Shown piece by piece: positions 35,688-48,801 of a stretch of DNA of 64,000 nt. How positions within the stretch are numbered: the stretch's first letter is position 1; every line of letters begins with the position of its first letter. This DNA is from Neocallimastix sp. 'constans' (lineage: Eukaryota). The notes below the pieces were generated by a model. The model worked only from the letters and a program-made list of their open reading frames with translations. It had not been told where the DNA came from and ran no database searches. The position numbers and the translations under genes were made by a program. The stretch lies in the NCBI GenBank assembly GCA_050613775.1, contig JBODTK010000100.1, forward strand, positions 310,001-374,000, read 5' to 3'.

Positions 35688-36757
35688 TTTAAAATGGTTA
35701 AATCTTGTATTCTCTATATATTACTATTACGTATAAAATAAAAGTTAAGTATTATAAATTTTTAATTAGCAAATATATATTAATAAAAATTAATATAAAA
35801 ATTAATTATATATATTAAATTTGAACAGGAATTATAAAATTTCATTTATATATACATATATTTAATATTTAAAAAATAATTTTTTTATTGTATCCTGCTT
35901 ATTTATTTGTTATTTCATTATCTTTTTATTTATTTTAGATTACTATTGAATAAAAACAAGTAATATATATTTATGTAAAATATTATTTCTATATATTAAT
36001 TTGTGGATATTTTTTAATATGAAAAATTTTTTATTAAAATTTTACATTTGCATTTGCTAAATTGATAATTCAATATTAATATTTAGAATGTGTATTAATG
36101 ACTCATACTTAATAATATTACCAATTTCATTATTATCTTATTCCATTTCTGAACATTTATTGTGAAAAAAGAAATAATCAATTATTGAATTATATGAATT
36201 TATTCAATTTTAATATATATTATTATATATATTATTATAATATTTTATTATTAGTTTTTTTTTTTTTTTATCTAAATATCATAATATTAATATTATCAGA
36301 ACTATTACAAAGTAATTTTAATATTTTTAAATAAATTAATGAATAAATAATAGTTTTAAATTACTTAAAAAGTTCTATATTAGAAAGTAATTCAATTTTA
36401 CCAGCATTATCAAAAATATAAAAAATTTCTTTTTTTCGTAAATATAATTTATATAATAAATTTAACTAATCATTCCATAAAATAAGTAAATATTCATTTT
36501 AATGTTTTTTTTATTTTCTTTTTTTCCTTTTATATATATATATATATTTATATTTTAAAAAATAGTATTATCTCTATCAATTTAAGAAATATTATTAAAT
36601 GAAATTTCAATTTACTTTTATTTATAAAATATTATTTTTTGTATATGATATTATTTATTATTTTACTATATATAAATATAAGTAATTTGAATACTTTTTA
36701 AATTTATAGACGAAATACTAACATCTCCTTTATTTTATTAATAGTTTATTTAAATTT

Positions 36758-36806
<49 letters not shown>

Positions 36807-38377
36807 AAAAGAGAAAAAAAATTCAATAATAACAATTTTTAATAAAAATAAAAAAAATATATCTACTAAAAAATTTAAAAAAAGTAAAAAAAAAAAAAAG
36901 ATATTTAAAAATTTTGATTAAAAATATTCATATATGGAAATTAATAGAAGGAAATATATTAAATTCAGTAATTTTATATATATATGAATTCTATTTAATA
37001 TATGTAGAATACATCCAACATCCATAAAATTAATTTAAATAAATAAATAAATAAATAATAAATTAAATAAATGTTTAATAATAATAATAATAAGTAATAA
37101 AATAAAATAAATATATAATTAAAATTATTAATAAAATTAAATATTAAACTTCTCATTAATATTTAAATTTTAAATTTATTTAATTATTATAATATATTTT
37201 TAATTAAATTATATTTAAATTAAAAAAATTCTATTTAATTTTTTTTTTTTCACCAATTTTTTAACCATGGTTAAAATCGTTTTTTTAATTGTATTCAGAT
37301 ACCATAAAATTCGTTGATGATTAAACAATTTGATGTTAATCACCTAAAATTAATAAATTAATAAATAAATAAATAAATAAAAAAAAAAAATAAAAAAAAT
37401 AAACAAATAAATAAAAAAAAAAGAGTAATAAAAATAAAATAAAAAAAAAAATAAATATATAATAATGATAATAAAAGTAAACGTATAAAAACATAAAATT
37501 GAAAAAATAAAATAAAATAAATAATAAATAAATGAATAATTAGTTAAATATTAAATAAAATTAATATATTATTAATGAAATATGAAATAAAAATTAAATA
37601 AAATTAAAAATTAAACACTCACCGTATGATTACTATTCATAAAACAGAAAAAAAAAGTATTTCTTATTCAAAATTAACATATCTTTATACAAAATTAATG
37701 TGGAGATATTATTATAATATATATTATATTGAATTTTATTATATAATATGAATTATATAAATAATACTTTAATTTAATTTAGATTAATATAATAAAACAA
37801 TCATTTCAAAAAATAGGTACTAGATAAATAATTATAAGAAAATAAAAAATATTAAAATATAAAGGTAATAAATAATTATAATAAATTTAGTATATAATAA
37901 AAATTTGTTGTTTTAAAGAAGAATGAGAATGTAATAGAATAACAATTAGAAATAATATATTTCCTTAATATATATATTTATTCTTTATAAGTTTTGATAA
38001 TCAATAATTAAAATATATATATATATATTTTAAAAAAAATAAATGATCTATATATATAAAAGAAAAGAAGATCACTTTTCGAATTGATAAATTAAATATT
38101 TTAAAGTTATATAAATTAATTATTCTAATTTAATATATAATTATAAGATAATTGCTTATTTTTATATGAATTTAAAGTTTTGACAGCTTATTTTATCTTA
38201 TTTTATTTTATTTTATTTTATTTTTTATATTTTTTGATCTTTCTTTGCATTACATTATTCTGTAAAAATTATGTTATATTTGGCAAATAATATTTGAGTG
38301 ATCAAAAAATTTTATAAATTTTTAACCAATTTTATTTTAATAAAAAAAATTATTTATTAATTAGACACAAATTTATT

Positions 38378-38408
<31 letters not shown>

Positions 38409-38779
38409 CAAAAAATAAATAAATTACAATTAATTATAAAAAATATATTAATTATAATTAATTATATTTGTTATAGAAAGCTTATTATCATTTATTTATT
38501 TAATATTTATCTATTTATTTATTAAATATTTATTTATCATATATATATATTTATTTAATATATTTAAAAATATTTATTTATTAGTGTTTTTTTTTTTATT
38601 TTTTATTTTTTATTTTTTATTTTTTATTTTTTATTTTTTTATTTTTTATTTTTTTAATTTTTAAATAAATTTTCAGATTTTAACAATTTAATTATATTGG
38701 TTCATGATGAAAATTAATTTAAACATTTTATATTTAATCAACGGAAGAATTATTACAATCAATTAAGGAAATATTTCTT

Positions 38780-40198
38780 TTACAAATTATAAACTGATAT
38801 TTATAAACATTCTAATATAGATATTATTAAATTAATTCTTTATTACGAAAAAGAATAGGTACTATATCTTTACCTGAATCAATTATAAATAGTATATGTG
38901 AAGAAATTTCAGAAAATTATAAAAAGGATAATAGTTTCCTTCCTTATGTAGAAAAAAAAAATCATTCAAATAAAAAAGTTCCTTCGTCACAAATCCAATT
39001 TAGACTCATATTTAGATTCGTTTAATAAAGAGAATTTTGTTAAAGCGATTATTGAACGCATCAATAATAATAGAGTAAAAGCAAAAACACATGTTGGAAT
39101 AATAGCAGCTCAATCTATTGGGGGAACCTGTTGCTGAATTAGCTCTAAGTTATTTCCATAAATTGTCGAACGATGCTATTACCTTTAATGGTTTAATAAG
39201 AGCTCCATAATATAATTCACAACAAAATCGAATTAGATACTGTCAGATTATATTTCAAACCGGGGAATTATGATGAAAAAGATTACAAGAAAATGATAAA
39301 CTCTCTACTCTATAGAAACATGAATAATATATTAATCCTTGATGTTGTTTACGACCGCATACTCTTTTCATTCTAAGAATACATCCATTAATTATATTCC
39401 AGATTTTGAAAGAATATTTACAACAAACTAACAGCATATTGCATTTGTGGAAAGCTACCATTGATTTTGAGAATTTATATTTCGAATTTACTCAATCAGC
39501 ATCAAAAACACTTAACTAGTTTGATGCACATGATATCGAATATTCGGTAGACAGAGATATGTTATGTATATTTAAGCCAGAAATACAAGGCCAAGCTATT
39601 CACACAGAAATTCCATCGAATGAGAACTCGAATCAACTTTTGTATAGTTATTTAAGAGAAAAACAAAATAAATTACGATGAAAAGGAAAACTACTTTATG
39701 TGGATAGTAATTACATCAATTTAAGTATTGATGACGTAAAAACTATTCTTGAAAAAGTAACAATAACCGGAACTATAGGGATAGCCTATATAACGGAAAA
39801 TATTGACAAAGATGAATATAAAGTAGACGTTAATGGTACCAATCTGGATCCCTTGTTCAAGAATAAGTACAGAGATCCTGAACGTTCACATTATATAGCA
39901 ATTCTAAGGAGATAATCTTTGATCAAAGAAAGCAAAATATTTTTGATCAATTAAAAAGAATTTTGATAATGGTTCCAAAGACTACAATTACCAACATATA
40001 GGATTACTAACCAATTTTATGTGTCGAAATGATACAGTAAATTCAATGTCTTGTTTTGATATGAATATTAAAGAATATTCCTTTATTTCCCGATTGTCTT
40101 TTGAAGATCCATATATAATACTTCATGATTTCTTTTACGATATCGATGATAATCTAACATCGGTATCCTCAAAATTAATTACAGGATATGTGTGATAA
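38780..40198 (+). pseudogene. Intronless, disrupted C-terminal half of a multisubunit RNA polymerase largest subunit (RPB1/beta'/A''-like)
   Basis: NRVKAKTHVGIIAAQSIG(fs)EPVAELALSYFH at ~39070-39160, YKVDVNGTNL at ~39820, YQHIGLLTNFMC..SFISRLSFED..DDNLTSVSSKLITG at 39990-40190. Multiple stops and frameshifts. Confidence 0.8.
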
Positions 40199-40849
40199 GG
40201 AAACCAAATTGTAATCAAATATATTACTTAATTATTTATTATTTTAAAAAAACTATCATACAGAGCTACTTAATATATTGGTGATAATATATTTTACTTA
40301 TTTAAAGTAATTTAATTTATTAAATAATTATTTAATAAAAAACTTGAAGTTTTTAAAATAATTTTAATGGAAATTCATATATAAAAGAAATTTTTAAAAA
40401 AATTATTAAATTGGCATTAATCAATTAATAAATATTTTGATAAAGTGAAAGTAAATATTTATAATGAATTAATATTAAAATAAAATATATAAATATAGAG
40501 CTATATAGACATTAGTTCTAACTTATGTCTTAGTAAACTACCAACCAATATATTTTACTTTTTCTTTTGTTTCTCGACTGTATAATGGCGTTCTTTATAA
40601 AATGAATTTAATGTTAAATGTAAATTTATGTTTATTGATTTTTAAAAAATATAATAAATAAATATAATGTTTATATAATAGAAATTATTTACAATTAAAG
40701 AAGAATATCTATGTATTTATTATTGTTGACTTTGAAATTAATTGGAATCTATATTTTATTTTAAATTAAATCGGTAATATCGTTATTATAGTACTTTAAT
40801 AAATTTTTAAATCCTGATCTGATTAAATTTTTATAATAATAATTATAAT

Positions 40850-41110
40850 CAATCTTGGGCATCCAAATGTTTTAATATATTTCTAATCAACTGTTAAAGA
40901 ATACTTCGTTTAGGATTAGATTAGATATTCCTTTATGCGGAGCTATGTTGTATAAACAATTAGCATAGATCACTGCAAAATCCCAGAATTCAAGTCCTAG
41001 TTTACTCCAATGAAAAAATAAATTAAAAATCACTAATGTATATAATCAAAGTACCAAAATACTCTCTTTTTCACTAGAAATCCACTTATGGAGTATCTCT
41101 CATTCATATT
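40850..41110 (-). mobile_element. Degenerate Ty1/copia integrase fragment
   Basis: Minus-strand translation WSKLGLEFWDFAVIYANCLYNIAPHKGISNLILNEVFFN...KTFGC resembles copia LP..FW.EAV..A.YL.N..P.......P.E..F...L.VFGC. Confidence 0.72.
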
Positions 41111-42396
41111 CTATATTTGATACTTTTATGATAAGGATAGATATTTGGTACTTTTTTGATAAAAGTAAATAATAAATTCAAAGCTATGCAAACTACTAAT
41201 TGGTAATTGTGGGTTTACATCAACTATGCTCTTCATCATAATAAACAACGTAGTTTTAGTTATGCTACACTACAGATATATTGTAAGTTTGTAAATATTT
41301 AGAATTTACTACTTACTTTATTAAAAAGTGTTATATATGCTATTATAGTATAAAATAGTACATATTTTAATAAATCAATTAAGGTGTATAATTGTTATAA
41401 ATCTACTATATATGCGTATATATATTACTATATATTTATACTATTTGTTATATTTATACTATTTTTAATAATATAATCAACATATGTAAAATATGTTTAT
41501 TTTATGCTATTTTTGACATGTTATGATAAAGTTATTTATAAACTCTTGTTTCATGTATTATTGCTCATTTATTCACTCGAATTCCATTTACGATGTTCTT
41601 CTCATTCATAATTTGATAATACTAAATATCTATATATAAATAAAATTAAATTATTTAAATCATAAATCAATGTAGATACCTCTTGTATAACTTTGAAAAA
41701 AAAAAAAAAAAAAATTTTTTTTTTCTTCATAAAAAGTTTAATAGAAATAATGGAATTAAAAAAATTAGTTTCCTTGTTCTTTTTTAATTATTATCTTTTT
41801 TTTTTTTTTTTTTTTTAATATATAATTATTTAATTAATGGATTATCCATCATTAATTATCCATAAAACAATAACATATTTAATGTTAACTTTAAAAGACT
41901 AATTTTAATAATTATATTTATTTTTATTGATTTATGAATTAATTAAATAATAACTGGTTGTAAAAAGTAATATAAAAATAAATAAAAAAAAAAAAAAAAA
42001 AAAAAAAAAGCATTACTTCGTTTCTTTATCTTATTTTAATGATTATTAATATATCAAAATAATTATAATAATATTAATATTAATAAAAATATTAATAATA
42101 ATAATAAATATCTCTTTCGGTATCGAGATATTTTACTTTTAATTTTTGTATTTGTTTTTTTTTTTTTTTTTTTGTTTTTTTATTTTTATTTTCATTTTTT
42201 TATTTTTATATTAAATTATTAACTTATTATTTAAAACTTCCTTAATTTTGTAATTATTATTAACAAATTTAATATTTTTTTTTATTTTTTATTTTTTATT
42301 TTATTTTCATTCGTGAATTTAAAATCCAATATTTTTATTTATAATATTTTAAAAATAATAAAATTTTAATATATATAAAATAATAATAAATTAAAA

Positions 42397-43379
42397 ATGC
42401 AAACCATAAAGATTGTAATTTTGGGTGATTCAAACGTTGGAAAAGTAATTATTTTAATATATATATATATATAAGTGAACAAAATATTTTTATTAATATA
42501 AATAATTATTATTATTTTATTATCATATATATATATATATATAATTATTGACGTATCCTATTTAATTTGATGGTTATAATATTTTGTTTATTTATAAATA
42601 TAATCTATATTTCTATATTATATTCAATTCCAACAATAGAATTTATTAATTCATAATTATACAACAAATACAGGTGTAAAAGACTATAAACCAACAGTTA
42701 AGAATCAAAGTTTTATTTTTATCGATATATTATTAAATATGCAAATTACAAATATAATTATTCATTATTATATACTATAAACAAAAAAAAATATACATTT
42801 ATTTTTTATTTTTAATATAAACAAAAAAATATACATTTTTTTTTTTTTATTTTCAAAAAAAATAATTAACAATTTATTTTTATTTTCATTATTAAAAATA
42901 TTATTATAATCATTATTATTGTTTATTCAACTACTTAATTTTTTGAAAAAAAATAATATAAATTTATATATAAAATAGTCTTATGATAATTACGCAGTAA
43001 CAATTAATATTGCTAATCGTCCATGCACTTTAGATCTTACTACAGTTAAAGGTTATTATGAAATCAATATAATTATAAAGGATTATGTTATATTAAAATT
43101 TATAATAAATAATTCAAAGCCATATAATGACTAATTATTATATATATAAAATTCATACTTTTTATATTTAATGTTTTATGAATTCTAAATTCTATTTAAT
43201 TCTATTTTAAATCGCAACAATAAATCTTTAATCCAATCAAAAATCATATAAATATGAATTAATATTATATATATATAAAACTATTAATCAAAATTTATAA
43301 ACATAAAAAAAAATACATGAACCAAATATGAATAAATAAACGTAAATAAACAATATGAATATTTATATGTACCAAAAAA

Positions 43380-43418
<39 letters not shown>

Positions 43419-43944
43419 AAAAAAAAAAGAATCTGAGGAATACGAAAAAGTTAGACCATTATGTTATGCAAATACTGATGTATTTTTGTTATGTTATAAC
43501 GTAAATTCACAAGAATCCATGGAAAGTGTTCATTATAAATGGTATCCTGAAATTCATAAATTTTGTCCTGGAACTCCTTATATATTAGTTGGTACTCAAA
43601 TTGATCGTGTAAAAGATAAGATAACTCTAGAAGAAGTAAAGGAAGTTGGTCATAATCTATCAAAAAAAATTAAAGCCGAAGCTTTTATTCCATGTAGTTC
43701 AGATACTGGAGAAGGAATTAAGGATGTTTTTAATAAGGTAATTTTTTTTTATTTACTTTAAATTATTAATAAATACATTAAATAGTAATAATAATAATAT
43801 AAATAATAATAATAATACCACTAAATGATATCATGACAATTATATTTATAATTATTATTATTTATATTAATAATATAGGCTATTGTTGCTGCCTTAGATC
43901 CAGGAACTGAAGTACCAGATGATAATAATTGTATTATACAATAA
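42397..43944 (+). CDS. Atypical Rho-family (Cdc42-like) small GTPase, 5 exons, with degenerate G1 and G3 motifs
   Basis: MQTIKIVILGDSNVGK|NLLIHNYTTNTGVKDYKPT|SYDNYAVTINIANRPCTLDLTTVK|ESEEYEKVRPLCYANTDVFLLCY..KWYPEIHKFCPGTPYILVGTQID..|AIVAALDP..CIIQ*. Confidence 0.88.
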
Positions 43945-44174
43945 ATAATAAATATAATTAAAATAATAATGCTTTTAAGCATTATTATTAAAAATAAATT
44001 CGTATCTTTATATTTCTGTCATATATATATATATATGTATCTGTATATATTTCGTTTTCCATATATCTATTATTAATATCAGTTTATATATAAATTTAGA
44101 TTATAGTTTTTTTTTTTTTTTTTTTTCTTTTTTTTTTTTTTTTCAAATATATATTATATTATTAATTTTAATAT

Positions 44175-44207
<33 letters not shown>

Positions 44208-44500
44208 GAAAAAAAAATAAAAATAAAAAATAAAAGAGAAAAAAAAAAAAAAAAAAAAAAAATATATATATAAAAAAAATATGTAATAAAAAAATGAAAA
44301 TAAACTTTATTCTTTTTTATAAAAACGTCAATTTCTGTTTTGGAATTTAATTTTTAATCTATATCTATCGTTATTAGGAAATTCATAATAGATGTATATC
44401 AATTTTTTCTTTTATAAATTTTTAAATATTTTAAAATTTCTATTTCAAGGTATTTTATTTAATATTTTAATATTTTATATAAGAGGTTTTCTATAATCCT

Positions 44501-44558
<58 letters not shown>

Positions 44559-44559
44559 A

Positions 44560-44985
44560 ACAGAGGCTTGCACATATGGGTACCCATCTCCCATATGGCC
44601 ATACAGTTATTAATTAACTGTAAGGTGATGAGTTATTGGCATACTGTATCAGCTTCGCCGCTCTAAATCGTCTTTACACACTGCCCGGAGATGCATTCCT
44701 AACGTTCCTACATATATCTCTAATGACCACGAGCATCAGAACGGAATCATTAACTCCTCCCTAGTGGGTGTAGTCATTGGCGATTGGAAATTTACAATCA
44801 TCAAGGTCTATGCTTCAATTCAAAGAGTAGGTTGTGTGAAATAATCATTTGAGGGAAAGCCTTATGAATATCACGTGTGGTCTCATGATGTCCCAGGATA
44901 GAAACCTCATCCGATTATTTGGTGCCATGCCGAGGATGCCCTCTACAGTAACCTGTATCGTCCTAACCGACTGGACCAACATGGC
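44560..44985 (-). mobile_element. Longest (probably full-length) copy of the SINE-like element, with a tRNA-derived head and a T-rich 3' flank
   Basis: Minus strand begins GCCATGTTGGTCCAGTCGGTTAGGAC (A-box/D-arm). Body is colinear with the copies at 5830 and 13162. Confidence 0.82.
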
Positions 44986-45239
44986 AGAAAAAAAAAAGAA
45001 AATTCTCTTTATAGTAATATTTTTATTATTTAATTTTATTAATGAATTGTAAAAAGATTATTTATTTCATTTCTTATTTTAAGATAAAATAAATATTCTT
45101 TTTAATTATTTTAGTAAAAATTTTTTAATGAATATGTGATAATACTTAAAATAAATAAATGATAATATACTCTAATATAATTGAAAAATTAAATAAAATA
45201 AAGAGTGAAGTATAATAAAAAATACAAGGCATTAATAAA

Positions 45240-45338
45240 ATATAAAATTAAATATAATAAAAAATGTAAAGTATTAATAAAAATAAAAATAAAGAATAAA
45301 ATATAATAAAAAAAATTAACAAATAGGAAATTACATTA

Positions 45339-45388
<50 letters not shown>

Positions 45389-45631
45389 GTGAATAAAATA
45401 AAGAATAAATATAATAAAAAATGTAAAGTATTAATAAAAATAAAAATAAAGAATAAAATATAATAAAAAAAATTAACAAATAGGAAATTATATTAAATAA
45501 TAATAATAATAATAATAATAAAAAGTGAATAAAATAAAGAATAAATATAATAAAAAATGTAAAGTATTAATAAAAATAAAAATAAAGAATAAAATATAAT
45601 AAAAAAAATTAACAAATAGGAAATTATATTA

Positions 45632-45669
<38 letters not shown>

Positions 45670-45720
45670 GTGAATAAAATAAAGAATAAAGTATAATAAA
45701 AAAAATTAATAAAGAGGGAA
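45240..45720. repeat. AT-rich tandem repeat with a ~130-140 bp unit
   Basis: aaaaaatgtaaagtattaataaaaataaaaataaagaat..aacaaataggaaatta recurs three times. Confidence 0.8.
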
Positions 45721-45884
45721 TTATATTAAAGATTATAGGAATTAATAAAAAAATAACATGAAACTAATATAAACTAAATTAATAAAAAAAAAATATGAAA
45801 CTAATATAAACTAAAATATTAAAAACTTGAAAAACAGTTCATACCAATGGGAATAAAAATTGAAGGATAATAAAAAATGTTAAT

Positions 45885-46255
45885 AATAAAATAAAATAAA
45901 TTATATAGTAACATATAATAAGAAATGTAAAATAATAAAAATAATATATATAATAAGAAATGTAAAACAATAAAAATAACATATAATAAGAAATGTAAAA
46001 CAATAAAATTAAAATAAAAAAAAAGATTTGTAAAAAAAAATAAAATAAAAAAAGAATTGTAAAAAAAAAATAAAATAAATTATATAGTAACATATAATAA
46101 GAAATGTAAAATAATAAAAATAATATATATAATAAGAAATGTAAAACAATAAAAATAACATATAATAAGAAATGTAAAACAATAAAATTAAAATAAAAAA
46201 AAAGATTTGTAAAAAAAAATAAAATAAAAAAAGAATTGTAAAAAAAAAATAAAGT
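45885..46255. repeat. 180-bp tandem duplication with internal sub-repeats
   Basis: ttatatagtaacatataataagaaatgtaaaa.. at 45901 and at 46080. Confidence 0.8.
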
Positions 46256-46728
46256 AAAAAAAGTATAATAAAAAATTAGCATAGAATGAGAATTAAAAGT
46301 ACAGCAAAAAATGTTGAGTATTTATAAATATTAGATTTAAATAAAAAACTAATTTATTTTATTAAATTATGAGTTTTAAATTTTATTTATAATTTAAATA
46401 ATATTTATTTATATATTTTTAATTATATATTATTATTTAATTTATTATTTATCATTATTATTAATATTAATTTTCTTTGGTATTATATATGATATATAAT
46501 TTTTTTTCAATTATTATTTTTACTATTTTTTACTAATTATATATCACTAATTTAATTTTTATTATTTAGTTTTAAATTCATATTAATTATTTATTCTAAT
46601 TTTTTTTTTACTAATTATTATTTACTATTTTAATTTATATATTTGTTTTTTTCATCTTTTTTTTGTAATTTCTATTATTCTGTTTTAAATTATAATAATA
46701 ATTATTATTAATTCTATATTTTTTTTAT

Positions 46729-48801
46729 TTATTTTACATTCATGAAATAGATTTCTCCGTATTTGTAATCCTTTGGAATTTCAAATAATGAATCTGGAAT
46801 ATCTTCTGGATTAGTATTACAATCAGTAAATCTTATTTGTGCTTTGACTGAAGCTAATATTGGAATAACAATCTTTAATGGGAATCTTCTATCAGCTTGC
46901 ATCATTTTATGAATATTTTCTATACCGTAACGATATTCATCTCTATCAGAATCATTCACATTATTATCCATATTTACTTGATCAAAGAACATTAAGCAAA
47001 GATAATCAACAAGAGGTTGCATTTGAGAAACGCTAATTGGGAATGTATTTTCTTGTGATAACCAAAGCTTTACAGAATTTGAAAAAGTTTTTCTTTCTTC
47101 ATCAATGCTCATAATACGACCCATATGTAAAATACCTGGATTACTTATTTCATCAAAGTATTGTTCTTCTGATATTTTACTATTTTCCCAATCAAAGTTC
47201 TTTAAACGAGCAAGTTTTTCTTGAAATTCTTTTTCTTTTCTGGCTTTTTCAATATTAGCAGCAGTTCTATCAGCCTTTTCTTTCTTAGCAAAGGCTTCAT
47301 CCCAATTTAATGTATCTTCCATATCATCAGTAATTTCATAGGTAATTGTCTTACCATCCTTACTGACTATTTTTTGAGTCATACCTTTCTTACTTTGTTC
47401 AATATAAAGTTGGAAATCTTGGTGGAATTCAGACATAATGTATTCAATATAACCTGGATACATTTGCTTTAAGTAGAGTAAATCATTTTCTGTAATTTTC
47501 TCACCATCTTTATCCTTTCCCGCATTAATCATATCTGAAATTTCTTTCGTAACAAGAATATCAATATCTTTAAAGTCAACAATGCTTTCATCAAGATACT
47601 TTTGGAAAACACTTTTCTTTATAATTGGTTCACCTGAAATAGAACCACGGATACTGCTGCTTCCTTTAGTTTGATCATCATCATTGGAAATAATAGAATC
47701 ATCATCACTGTCATCATCACTTTCATCATCACTATCGTATTTTGAAGACTTTCCCTTTTTATTAAATAATTTTGACTTTCCTTTACTATCCTTAGCATCA
47801 GACATGAAAGACTTTTCAAGATTCTTTAATTTACTTGAAACAAATTCAGATTCATGAATACCGAAATCAGTACTTTCTCTCTTCACAGACTTATTTCTTG
47901 ACTTTTCAATATTTAAAATATTAGTTCTTATATCACTCTTGTGATCACCAATAGTAGATTCATTACTTCTTTTACGAATAATAATTTTGAAATCCTTAGC
48001 CTTAAATAAATCGACCTTGTATGATTTATTACGTTCCATTTGCATGGTCCTTCTAGCTTTCTTGAGAAGACTACCCTTCTTTTGTTTAATCATAAAGCTA
48101 GAAGTATCTAAGAAAATCTTGAATAAAGTCTTAATATCGATACTTGATCTTAAGAGATTATTAATTAACCATTGTGGCATTTCTGGATATAATTCTTGAT
48201 AAGCCTTTTTCTTATTATCTAATAATAAAATTTGACACATACCATCAATCTTAAATTTAGCAATAATAGAAATATTACCCTTAATAATTCTTGGTATACC
48301 GCGAGTATCTATGCCTGCAATAGAGGTATCAATTCTAAAGAAATTTCCCTTTTTGTAGAAATTTATAGTATCTTTTGGACAAATTTTAGCGATCATTGGA
48401 ACGTTACTCTTACATTTAAATTTTAACTTTAAATGAACACATGGTAAGATTGAATTCCACTCCTCTAATTTACCACCTTTTACAGCGAAATTCCTTGCAT
48501 AATCTCTATATTTCATTAAAGTAATCTTTTCAATAATATCGATATCACCAAGCATTACAGCTTCATCTAAAGGATTCCAATGATATGTATTTCTAGTAAT
48601 AACATCACAACCATTGCTAAGAAGAGTTAAGATACAATTACGACGATCTAACATAAGGGCTAAATGAATTGGAGTGTTTCCGTGATGATCTGGTTCGTTG
48701 ATACGCTTTTTCATTTCTTTATCTTTTAATAATTCTCTAAGACCAAATTGGTCATTACGGAAAACGCAACGATGAATTGGGAAAGATTCAGAGACTGGCA
48801 T
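46729..48801 (-). CDS. Ankyrin-repeat protein, ANKRD13-like; single exon
   Basis: 690-aa ORF. FPIHRCVFRND..DHHGNTPIHLALML..WNPLDEAVMLGD, KICPKDT..YKKG..FRIDTSIAG, VKLWLSQENTFPIS, FPLKIVIPI, LFEIPKDY. Confidence 0.85.
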   Translation of the reverse strand: MPVSESFPIHRCVFRNDQFGLRELLKDKEMKKRINEPDHHGNTPIHLALMLDRRNCILTLLSNGCDVITRNTYHWNPLDEAVMLGDIDIIEKITLMKYRDYARNFAVKGGKLEEWNSILPCVHLKLKFKCKSNVPMIAKICPKDTINFYKKGNFFRIDTSIAGIDTRGIPRIIKGNISIIAKFKIDGMCQILLLDNKKKAYQELYPEMPQWLINNLLRSSIDIKTLFKIFLDTSSFMIKQKKGSLLKKARRTMQMERNKSYKVDLFKAKDFKIIIRKRSNESTIGDHKSDIRTNILNIEKSRNKSVKRESTDFGIHESEFVSSKLKNLEKSFMSDAKDSKGKSKLFNKKGKSSKYDSDDESDDDSDDDSIISNDDDQTKGSSSIRGSISGEPIIKKSVFQKYLDESIVDFKDIDILVTKEISDMINAGKDKDGEKITENDLLYLKQMYPGYIEYIMSEFHQDFQLYIEQSKKGMTQKIVSKDGKTITYEITDDMEDTLNWDEAFAKKEKADRTAANIEKARKEKEFQEKLARLKNFDWENSKISEEQYFDEISNPGILHMGRIMSIDEERKTFSNSVKLWLSQENTFPISVSQMQPLVDYLCLMFFDQVNMDNNVNDSDRDEYRYGIENIHKMMQADRRFPLKIVIPILASVKAQIRFTDCNTNPEDIPDSLFEIPKDYKYGEIYFMNVK

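Noticed and set aside
44920..44985. Functional tRNA gene, or LTR primer-binding site (TGGTGCCATG on the plus strand)
   Set aside because: No 7-nt anticodon loop or TTC T-loop. The match covers a whole tRNA-like unit rather than only a 3' end, and no adjacent LTR is evident.
44849..45052. 67-aa ORF (also 13179..13361)
   Set aside because: Chance ORFs within GC-richer SINE copies, not conserved between copies.
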